The notes beneath the pieces were generated by a model, which searched no databases, had not been told where the DNA came from, and saw only the letters and a list, made by a program, of their open reading frames with translations. From a virus (Duplodnaviria; Caudoviricetes), in the IMG/VR virus record IMGVR_UViG_3300033120_000845, positions 1 through 64,000 of that record: DNA of 64,000 nucleotides. One strand, 5' to 3'. The translations under genes and the position numbers were made by a program. Of the stretch, positions 1 to 8,200 are shown piece by piece. Within the stretch, counting starts at the first letter, position 1; each line of letters starts with the position of its first letter.

Positions 1-68
1 AATCAGTCATAAACCGATACTTTATGCTTCCTTAATCCGCCACATCGCCAAGTTGCGAACCGTTATAA
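1..68 (+). mobile_element. attC-like hairpin site S0 (right arm only, truncated by window start)
   Basis: CGCCAAGTTGCGAACC-GTTATAAG resembles the right arms of S2/S3; GTT at 62-64 overlaps the TAA stop of the 63..707 ORF. Confidence 0.7.
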
Positions 69-707
69 GCAAGCTGCTACGTTCCTGCTCCGAATGAAAG
101 TTCCCCATTGTTCAGCCATACTTTTTGCCACTCCGCTAAAAGTTTTTGAGCTTTCCTTTTGACTTATATTTACAAATTGGTATTTCTGCCCTCGTTTCTT
201 ACCTCCTGTATTGCTCGGTAAATACGGCTTATAGTTGCTTTTAATGTCAGTCGGTTTTAATAGTGGCAAATTTTTCAACCACAATAAAGTTCTTTTGCTG
301 TATTCGTGTCCATATTCGTATGGCTGTATCGCTTGGCTATGTTTTGGCAATTCAACCACTTTTAAAGGCGTTGGATTTTCAATAGCAATATATTCAATAG
401 GTGCGTTAAGTAGTTTCAAAAACAAATCCTTCGCTTCCATTGCCTTTGCATATCTATCTTGGCACAAATTACCTGCCGTTGGATACATCCATCTTGCTCC
501 AGCCCTACTCATATAAGTACAAGGTGGGTGTGCAATCATCATATCATATTTACCACTATAAGCCTCTTTTACTGCATCTCCTACAATATGCCATTCAGGT
601 TTACCACCGCTACATTCTTGTAGGTCGCAACTATAAGCATCAAATCCTAATTCTCGGAAAGCTCTGCAAACTTCTTGGCTCTCCTCACAAGCTATTAATA
701 TTTTCAT
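63..707 (-). CDS. C5-cytosine DNA methyltransferase-like protein (phage type), cassette 1
   Basis: N-terminal SAM-binding-like ILIACEES, catalytic HPPC, ENP motif, C-terminal KTFSGVAKSMAEQW. Confidence 0.75.
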   Translation of the reverse strand: MKILIACEESQEVCRAFRELGFDAYSCDLQECSGGKPEWHIVGDAVKEAYSGKYDMMIAHPPCTYMSRAGARWMYPTAGNLCQDRYAKAMEAKDLFLKLLNAPIEYIAIENPTPLKVVELPKHSQAIQPYEYGHEYSKRTLLWLKNLPLLKPTDIKSNYKPYLPSNTGGKKRGQKYQFVNISQKESSKTFSGVAKSMAEQWGTFIRSRNVAACL

Positions 708-744
708 TTCAATTTAAGTTTTTCGTTAATAATCCGCAGCCAGC

Positions 745-842
745 TTATAACAGCGGTTTTGTGCTATTTGCCCATCAATATTTGTGGTAAACTTGAAACT
801 TTGTGCAAGGGCAAACAGACACAAAGCCGCAAAACGTTATGT
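745..842 (+). mobile_element. attC-like hairpin site S1
   Basis: TTATAAC-a-GCGGTTTTGTG..TTTGCCC-loop-GGGCAAA..CACAAAGCCGC-aaaac-GTTATGT. Confidence 0.85.
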
Positions 843-870
843 GAGATTGCTCCAAATTGATTTCATAAGA

Positions 871-1428
871 CTATTTCGCCATCAAATCGGCTAACTCTTT
901 TTGCTTTCTAATAATTTCTCTTTGTTTAAAATCTTCTTTGTTCAAATCATAATATTTTTTTATAATTGAATCGTAATTATTAAACACTTCTTTTGCGTTT
1001 TCTAATTTAAAGTAAAGGCTTTTGTTTGCGCTATCACAATAATCAGGATTAAACGATTTTAATTCAAAAAAGAATTTTTCAAAGAAAATAGTTGGATAAT
1101 CCCCACCAAAAATATATGCTCCAGTAGGATAACTAAATTTAATAAGTCTTTCTCCTTTTGGTTTTTTACCATTATCCTCCCAGCTTATTGTTGTTCTTTC
1201 GCTATCAATAAAAGTTAGATGTACATTGTTTTTCAATTCTTGATACTGAATGTTATTTATTCTTTTTTCGTCAATTTCAAGTCCGTAAACCTCTTTTAAT
1301 TCCAATCCAAATAAATGGTTATTGGCTTTTAATTCTAAATCTTGAAAATCAAAATTTAATAAATCTTTGTTCTTTTTAGCGATTTTCAAAATGCTGTCAT
1401 AAATCTTTTTTGTTTCTTGTAATTTCAT
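871..1428 (-). CDS. hypothetical protein, cassette 2
   Basis: 185-aa ORF filling the space between S1 and S2. Confidence 0.8.
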   Translation of the reverse strand: MKLQETKKIYDSILKIAKKNKDLLNFDFQDLELKANNHLFGLELKEVYGLEIDEKRINNIQYQELKNNVHLTFIDSERTTISWEDNGKKPKGERLIKFSYPTGAYIFGGDYPTIFFEKFFFELKSFNPDYCDSANKSLYFKLENAKEVFNNYDSIIKKYYDLNKEDFKQREIIRKQKELADLMAK

Positions 1429-1457
1429 AACGTTTAGTTTTAAAAACCCACAACCTC

Positions 1458-1590
1458 ACATAACAAGTGTTTGGCAAAAAAGCGGGTTCGGTTATTAATT
1501 TAAAATCTGTTTTGTGTCTTTATAATTTAGGCTTAATCGAAGTTTCGGGCATTTTTAACCGCTTCTTCGCCAAGCACTAGGACGTTAGCA
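1458..1590 (+). mobile_element. attC-like hairpin site S2
   Basis: ACATAAC-a-AGTGTTTGGC..AAGCGG-loop-CCGCTT..GCCAAGCACT-aggac-GTTAGCA. Confidence 0.85.
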
Positions 1591-1596
1591 GTAACT

Positions 1597-1824
1597 TTAC
1601 CAACTAACTCGAATAAAATCGCCTTGTCTTTGGTCTAATGTTTCTTTAACATCAAATCCCTGTGCTTTTAACCATTTAACAACTAATTCATCGTAAAGGT
1701 CTGAATCAAATGTGGTTTCCCTTTTCCCGTAAGAAGCAACATTTTTTAATCTTCTTTTTATTTCTTCAAGTTTTGGGGAATTTTGACTTTCTGAAATAAT
1801 CTGCAATTCTTTAATAAAATCCAT
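1597..1824 (-). CDS. hypothetical protein, cassette 3
   Basis: 75-aa ORF ending just inside the S2 boundary; C-terminal ..VSW seen in small phage proteins. Confidence 0.75.
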   Translation of the reverse strand: MDFIKELQIISESQNSPKLEEIKRRLKNVASYGKRETTFDSDLYDELVVKWLKAQGFDVKETLDQRQGDFIRVSW

Positions 1825-1859
1825 TTTTCTATGTATGTTTTAAAAATATGTATAGAGAA

Positions 1860-1973
1860 TTACTTTTTTCTATACATTTCGATTAATAAATAAAATATCC
1901 TTCCTAATGCTAAAAGTATAAATGGAATTGTCCAAAAATATACCCAACAATTAATCTCTTCTTGTATCGACAT
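1860..1973 (-). CDS. small hydrophobic peptide (37 aa), cassette 3
   Basis: Manually translated MSIQEEINCWVYFWTIPFILLALGRIFYLLIEMYRKK; ATG lies just inside the cassette end; below ORF-track cutoff. Confidence 0.4.
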   Translation of the reverse strand: MSIQEEINCWVYFWTIPFILLALGRIFYLLIEMYRKK

Positions 1974-1982
1974 AAAAGCTAC

Positions 1983-2077
1983 TGCTAACAAAGGTTTGGC
2001 GCAATAAAGCCACAACCTTCTTATTAATATTCTTGTTTTTCTAAGGCTTTACTTCGCCAAGCCTCTGGACGTTATAA
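1983..2077 (+). mobile_element. attC-like hairpin site S3
   Basis: TGCTAAC-aa-AGGTTTGGCG..TAAAGCC-loop-GGCTTTA..CGCCAAGCCT-ctggac-GTTATAA. Confidence 0.85.
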
Positions 2078-2088
2078 ACAATAAATAA

Positions 2089-2235
2089 CTAATCTTCGTC
2101 TATATCGTTATGAAATAAATATTCGTCTGTTTCGCAATCAGGACAATTTCCATCTATTAAATCTTCACTGTCTAAAAAAGAATTACATTGTCTACAAATA
2201 AATTCTTTATCTTTATAATCTTTACTAAATCCCAT
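2089..2235 (-). CDS. 48-aa zinc-ribbon protein, sole gene of cassette 4
   Basis: Manually translated MGFSKDYKDKEFICRQCNSFLDSEDLIDGNCPDCETDEYLFHNDIDED (CxxC...CPxC); fills the cassette. Confidence 0.7.
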   Translation of the reverse strand: MGFSKDYKDKEFICRQCNSFLDSEDLIDGNCPDCETDEYLFHNDIDED

Positions 2236-2246
2236 TTTTTTACTGT

Positions 2247-2379
2247 TTATAACATCGGTTTTGCTCTATTGCGGTTTAGTGCTTAACCAATCTTCGGTTT
2301 GTGTTTGTTAATTTTGTTTTTTAACTCAATAATTTAGGATTACTTTTCCGCAACAAAGCAAAGCCTCGAAACGTTATAT
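2247..2379 (+). mobile_element. attC-like hairpin site S4
   Basis: TTATAAC-atc-GGTTTTGCT..TTGCGG-loop-CCGCAA..AGCAAAGCC-tcgaaac-GTTATAT. Confidence 0.85.
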
Positions 2380-2389
2380 GAGATTTATT

Positions 2390-2593
2390 CTAAACTTGGG
2401 GCACCCAAACTAAATTAATAAAATCTGTTTCAAACCCTTCGCTTTCAATAATAGAAACAAAATCATCCTTTACAACAACTTTATAAAAATCAAAGTTTTC
2501 ATTTAAGTAATCCTCTAAATCTTTATGATTATTTGCAACTAAAATAATATCGTTACAAAAATTTCTTTCGTATTTAAACAGTAATTTATTCAT
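2390..2593 (-). CDS. hypothetical protein, cassette 5
   Basis: 67-aa ORF filling the space between S4 and S5. Confidence 0.7.
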   Translation of the reverse strand: MNKLLFKYERNFCNDIILVANNHKDLEDYLNENFDFYKVVVKDDFVSIIESEGFETDFINLVWVPQV

Positions 2594-2614
2594 ATTTATA
2601 TAAATTTAAACCTC

Positions 2615-2748
2615 ATATAACAGCAGTTTTGCGCAAGTGGCAGTTTGTTTTATGCCTGTTATATTTCGGCTTGGTTAATAATTATTTTTTATTTGTTATC
2701 ATTGTTTTTAAATCGTGCCACCTTCGCAAAGCTGGCAACTCGTTATCC
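2615..2748 (+). mobile_element. attC-like hairpin site S5 (right end of array 1)
   Basis: ATATAAC-ag-CAGTTTTGCG..GTGGCA-loop-TGCCAC..CGCAAAGCTG-gcaactc-GTTATCC; GTTA overlaps the stop of a 24-aa minus-strand ORF (2743..2817). Confidence 0.85.
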
Positions 2749-2834
2749 TATAAAAGAAAAAGTAATTAGTCCCACTAATATAATAACTCCTGCTAAAAAT
2801 GTTTTTCTACAATACATATTATTTTATTTTTTTA

Positions 2835-2866
2835 CAAATGTATTAATTATTTATTTGATGTGCAAA
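2835..2866 (-). promoter_or_regulatory. Bacteroidota sigma70-type promoter pointing into cassette array 1
   Basis: Minus strand TTTGCACA-N16-TACATTTG matches the -33 TTG / -7 TAnnTTTG consensus. Confidence 0.7.
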
Positions 2867-2884
2867 TGTTTTCTCTGTTTTTTT

Positions 2885-3148
2885 TTACCTTTTTTCGCGC
2901 AAAAATTCCAAATTTAATTGTTCTACAAAAGCAAATAACTCTTCTTTTTCTTCCTGAGAAGGTTTTCTCCAATGAGAGAAGATTTTTAAATCTGCTTCTA
3001 TTAATTTTTTTTGCGCCCAAATTGACAATTCTTCGCTATGTTGTCCATATTCTAATTTTATTAGTTTAGGTTGAATCTTAATTGCATTCTGTTCTCCATG
3101 ATAAAGAGAAACACTTCTTGTATATAGATTTACTGCGAATCTTGTCAT
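2885..3148 (-). CDS. hypothetical protein
   Basis: 87-aa ORF in a co-oriented, tightly packed gene run. Confidence 0.6.
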   Translation of the reverse strand: MTRFAVNLYTRSVSLYHGEQNAIKIQPKLIKLEYGQHSEELSIWAQKKLIEADLKIFSHWRKPSQEEKEELFAFVEQLNLEFLREKR

Positions 3149-3154
3149 GTTTTT

Positions 3155-3502
3155 TTATTCAATTAGTTTTCTAATTCTTTGAGCTTCTTCATAGTCTTCG
3201 TTTTCTAAAGCCTTTTTAAGTTTTAGTTCAAGAGTGTACTTATCATATAAATTTGTAAATAAGCTTTCCGGCTCTGTATAATAGTCCCACCCATTTTGCC
3301 AAATATCAAAAGCAACTTTAATTAACTTTTCTTCTCTAAACATTCTTATATAAGATTCCTCTAAATTTTTCAAATATATCATCCCATTTGCTACTCCAAT
3401 AAATTGTAACTTATCTCCAATATAAGAGCGGTCTCCATATCCATCTGATGGGCTCACCCTTGTAATAAAACTACCTTTTTCAATTTCTATTATATTTTTC
3501 AT
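3155..3502 (-). CDS. protein with C-terminal UVR (UvrB/UvrC) coiled-coil motif
   Basis: LELKLKKALENEDYEEAQRIRKLI. Confidence 0.7.
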   Translation of the reverse strand: MKNIIEIEKGSFITRVSPSDGYGDRSYIGDKLQFIGVANGMIYLKNLEESYIRMFREEKLIKVAFDIWQNGWDYYTEPESLFTNLYDKYTLELKLKKALENEDYEEAQRIRKLIE

Positions 3503-3507
3503 AACTA

Positions 3508-3711
3508 TTAATTTGAATGTTGATTATTATTTAAAAACGTTTCAACTATTGTGTAATTTTGTGATTCCACATCAAAAACTGAAAGAAACATATCAAAAGG
3601 ATTGCCCTTTTTCAAATCTTCAAAATGAATACGGCTTTCTAATTTTGTTGAAAAATAAATATTTTCTCTTTCATTAGCTTCACAAACGGTTATCATATAA
3701 GGATACTTCAT
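3508..3711 (-). CDS. hypothetical protein
   Basis: 67-aa ORF, tightly packed. Confidence 0.6.
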   Translation of the reverse strand: MKYPYMITVCEANERENIYFSTKLESRIHFEDLKKGNPFDMFLSVFDVESQNYTIVETFLNNNQHSN

Positions 3712-3714
3712 AGC

Positions 3715-3909
3715 TTATTTCTTTTTTAAAATTTCTGTTGATAGTCCCAACTCGGCGCGTTTTAAATCGACTGCTAATTGAGCTGCTCTTATTGTTTCAT
3801 GTGAGCCACAGTTATAAGGAGTGTTCTTATACATGAACCTTCCCATGTAAGGCTTCTTATCATTTTTTCTTGGCGCGAGTTTTATGTATTTTGGTAGTTT
3901 TTCTTTCAT
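3715..3909 (-). CDS. AP2-like DNA-binding protein
   Basis: PYMGRFMYKNTPYNCGSHETIRAAQLAVD resembles the AP2 domain (G-x-F/H-x-T-x3-A-x2-A-x-D). Confidence 0.55.
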   Translation of the reverse strand: MKEKLPKYIKLAPRKNDKKPYMGRFMYKNTPYNCGSHETIRAAQLAVDLKRAELGLSTEILKKK

Positions 3910-4388
3910 AAAATTAAATATTTATTGAAGTGTTGTAAATGACATTGTTTAAATTTTCTACCACTTCCACAACTACACTTATCATTTCTACCTAACTTTT
4001 TATAGTTTATATTGTAATCATTTAATATCTTCTGTGCCTCTTTTTTAGCCTCTTCTCTTACTTGTTTGTCATGTCTATCAATTTCATCTTGTCCCGCATC
4101 GCACTCCACAATATTTTGAGAATAAAAATCGCCCATTCCCATAATAGCTTCCATACCAAATCCCGTCATAAAAGCCCCGTATATTCCTAAAGTATCTTTA
4201 GTTTTCTTTTGTTTATATCGGTCTCTTTGTTGTTTAATTAGTTCAGGTTTTACTTCTGAAGGTTTATAAGGTGTATAGATTGCATTACATGTGTCACATT
4301 CTAATTCTTTTTGAACATTCCACGAATGGATTGTGAAATTACTGCAACATTTACAATATGTTCTATGTTTTTTAGGAGGTGTTGGCAT
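3906..4388 (-). CDS. SEC-C motif protein with N-terminal Zn ribbon
   Basis: KLGRNDKCSCGSGRKFKQCH is a SEC-C motif; CKCC..CDTC at the N-terminus. Confidence 0.8.
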   Translation of the reverse strand: MPTPPKKHRTYCKCCSNFTIHSWNVQKELECDTCNAIYTPYKPSEVKPELIKQQRDRYKQKKTKDTLGIYGAFMTGFGMEAIMGMGDFYSQNIVECDAGQDEIDRHDKQVREEAKKEAQKILNDYNINYKKLGRNDKCSCGSGRKFKQCHLQHFNKYLIL

Positions 4389-4717
4389 AGTTACTTTCTT
4401 TTACGTTTATTTTTCAAACAAGTTTGTCTGTGTTTTTCATAGTTTTTACCGCCACAATCTTTATAAATTTGTTGTAGGGTTCTTTTTGTTGGAAGTCCTA
4501 AAATTAAATAGCTCATAATTTCGCGTGAGGACTCGTTCCTCGTTTAAAAAAGTTAAACAGAAAAATACTTCTCAATAATAGGAATCAATTCCAAATTAAG
4601 TTTATGTTCATTTGATTCTCTTAATGCTTCAATAAATGCTTCTGCAATAAGTTGTCCATCATATTCTGCTTTAATAGCTATTTCTTTTCCGAGTGCTGTT
4701 GATAGGTTCATAATTTC

Positions 4718-5134
4718 TTATTTTATTAATACTTCTTCAAGCGTTACTGTTTGTCTGTTTCTTTTTAAATTTTTCATTCCGCGCAACCTTTCATTAATTC
4801 TCTCTTTTAAAAGCTCCCTAACTTCATTTGAAGGCTTCCAATCGTTTAAAAGATGTTTAGGTAGGTCTTTATAGCTCTCACTATAATCAAGTGTCTGAAA
4901 ACGTCTTAAATTAGCTTCCTTAATTAATTCTTTATGGCGCGAAACTAAAAACTGCAAACGAGAATAGAAAAAAGTGATATGCCCGCTAGATAATTTGAAC
5001 ACATCTGTTTTATTTTCTATCTTAGCTTTCCCGCTTTTTACAGTATTTAATATTCTTGGCAATTCTCTTATTTCCGCTAATAAATGAGCGTCTGTCAGTT
5101 CGTAGGGTGCTATTGCAGCATTAATTCTTGTCAT
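4718..5134 (-). CDS. denV: pyrimidine-dimer DNA glycosylase (T4 endonuclease V family)
   Basis: MTRIN...LTDAHLLAEIRELPRI...FKLSSGHITFFY; start placed at MTRIN (catalytic Thr2). Confidence 0.9.
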   Translation of the reverse strand: MTRINAAIAPYELTDAHLLAEIRELPRILNTVKSGKAKIENKTDVFKLSSGHITFFYSRLQFLVSRHKELIKEANLRRFQTLDYSESYKDLPKHLLNDWKPSNEVRELLKERINERLRGMKNLKRNRQTVTLEEVLIK

Positions 5135-5281
5135 AATTTTTAAATCTTTGAATAAAATACTCACCCAACCAAATAACCGATGATAATAAATGTAACCAAG
5201 TGTACATATCTCTATCGTTTTCTAAATCCCACGCGAAAACAAAAAAGAAAAATATACCTGTTAATAAAGGAAATAATGTTT

Positions 5282-8200
5282 TCATTTCACTAAATTTTTA
5301 AAATTATTAACTTCTTTCTCAGTTTTTACGGCGAAAGTTTCTCCTTGCATTACACAATCTTTAAATAGTTCTGCTTGTTTTTTGGTGCAAGGGTTTGATA
5401 GTTGAACCCAATATTCTCTAATATCGTTTTCTGTTATCTTTTGTTGTTTGATTGCTATTGCTATGTGTTTCATAATAAATATTGTTCAGCTTCATCAATT
5501 GTGTCGAACCATTTATAATATTCAATCCTTTGTATTTTCTCTGTTTCAAATTCTTTTTCCGCGACTTTTCCGAAAAGATTTTGTACAAATCTATACTTTT
5601 TAACTTTTGTTTTCGGCGTATTGTTTAGGTGTTTCCATACTGTTACTTTTTAACCTTTAATACTTTACCTGTTGGTTCTTTTCCGCAAAAGTCTAAACCT
5701 CTAAATACTCCATCTGTAAATAGCTCAGCTTCTCTTCTTGTTTTAAATGAATATAAACCTTCTAAAAGAAGTGAGTTGTAATGCCAAATTGTTAGTGCGT
5801 ATGTTTTCATAATGTTTTTAACTTTTCTCTAATGTCATATAATTTACATCTTATTTCGTAACTGTCTGTTCCAAAATCTTGAAATAGCTTTTTACCTATA
5901 CTTTCTAATTCTTTAATTATGTCTTCCATAAAATTAATTTATTTGGTAAATAATTTCTTTTCTGTTTTTTGCACTTCTTATTTGGAGGGTCGCGTTTTCT
6001 TTTTCGCATACCTCTTTAAACTCATTCGCCCACTCTTTTAATCTGTCAAGTTTTTCGTATGGTATAAGAATAGCGTACATTAAGTTGGGAGCAAATGTGA
6101 ATTCTCTTAAACTTGATAAGGCTTTAAAAGTATTATTCTCTTTGGTTTTCATGTAAACCATTAGATTACAGTCTGTTGTTTTCATAATATTTCAGTTATT
6201 TCGCCGCCAAAGAAATAAAAAAGACAGCAATTAATATTCACTTCAAATATAATAATAATTTTCTATTCTACAAAATAAAAAGATTACAATTAATTCGGTT
6301 GATAAAAATCTACATCCAATACTTCGCAAAACTCCCAATTACCTTTACTTACAAAATCATAAATATCAGGTTCATTTTCGCTTTCTGAATTGTTTTCTTC
6401 TTGATATTTATCCCATTTCTCACAAACTAAATCGTAATTGTGTTCTTGTGTTAAAACAGTTCCTACTATTTCTTCACTAAATTTATCGTATAATTGTATT
6501 GCTTTCATAAGTTTTAGTTTAAAGGTTTATAATATTCTTTTTCGCCACGAATAAAAACTAAAGAAGGAGCTCCAACTTTATTATTCTCATAAAAGTTAAT
6601 AATTTCATACCCCATATACTTCTTTAAATCTTTTTTAGAATATTCTTTACAATGTTCTAAAGTATCTGTTGGGTTTTCTGTTAACCACTTTTTTATTTCT
6701 GTTTTTATTTCTTCTTTGTCGAATTTTTCAAACCATTTTATAGGTTGGTCTTTTTCTTGACTGAATAATAAGTGTGCCATATTACTAATTTTTATAATCT
6801 AACATTTCCTTTTTAGTAACTCTATCAAAACCGTAAAACTCTAAAAAGTCGTTAATATGTTTTGCTGTTGTATTGCTAAACCAACCGTAAACGCTCATTT
6901 TGTTTGTTTTGTGGTTATAACTTGCTACTCTTTTACCATAGCTTATTAAGTCGCTATAATGGTCGCCGTCTGAATTTACATATTCGTTTACGTGGTTATT
7001 CTTTTTGTTATTGATATAAAATGTTTTCATAATCTAATTAAATTTAATAGGTTGACTTTCTACTTTTTATTAACTTTCTATACTCGTTTTTCATAATTTC
7101 GCGGGTAAAAGAATTAAAAAAAAGATTTACTATAAACAAAAGATACAATCTCTAACAAAGAAACAGTAACAGTTTCCTGATAAACATATTCCTCTGAATA
7201 ATCAAAGAATATAATAACATCCTTACCCATTTCTGTAAAATCATGAACAGATTGTTTAATGTTAAGATGCTCTTTACAATAAGATTCTAATAGTTGTCTT
7301 TTCATAACATGAATATTAAACCGATAACAAATAATTGATAAATTAAAGCCGCTCTAAGTACATTATGATTAATACTTTCAAAGTCTTCTACTAAATGTGG
7401 GGAAAATATACCAACAAAAGGGGTGAATAAAATTAAATATTTCATAGCTTTAATTTTGTTTTTGGGGGTAACTTACCGCCCTTACATTAATAATCCTTTA
7501 AAACGTTTGTAAATGGTATTCTCGTCTGTTTTTACAATCTTTTCTATTAGTGGAATAAACTCGCCGCAAAAAAGGAATAAAACAGAAAAGAAATACTTTA
7601 TAAAGATAATAAATAATTCCAACACTACCTACAATAAGATAGTAATTTATTTAAAAAACCCCTAACTTATATTCAATATTTTGTCTACTTTGTAATTCTG
7701 ATAAGTGTAATTCAACTTCTACTAATTCAGAATTAACATAAGTAACACTCACAACTTGTAATTTATCAAAAGGTGCTTCATAACCTTGTTCAATTTTTAC
7801 ATATTCCCCTACTCTTGGAATAACTTTAAAATTAGAAGGGAATTTATTTTTAAACTTGTCTATATTAGTTTTAAATATAATTTTCATAATACTTTATTTT
7901 AATTGGTTAAAACTCGCCGCAAAAAAGAATTAAACAGAAGATAAACTAAACACAAACAGTTAACAACCCATAACTATTATAATAACAACTAATAGGAGGA
8001 TAACTATTTAAACTATTGATATCAGATACAACCTTCTGAATATTTATATTATAACAAGATACATTACTCTTTATACGAACTTCTGTAATAGCTAACCTCT
8101 TTTCTTCAAATAAGGATTTAATAATAAAATCTTTGTACTACTTTTTATCGTTATTCAATAAATATTTACTGTTTCTCGTGTTACTGTTAAATGCAATTGT

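Noticed and set aside
1-2748. CRISPR array or simple terminator/REP interpretation of the repeated hairpins
   Set aside because: The repeats are non-identical 95-135 nt hairpins separated by whole genes, lack U-tracts, and show cross-cassette end complementarity that neither CRISPR repeats nor terminators explain. No cas genes are present.
2645-2917. Plus-strand ORFs crossing hairpin sites (also 440..790, 18592..18783, 19594..19818)
   Set aside because: Shadow ORFs running through att-like palindromes or antisense to better genes, with no protein-like features.
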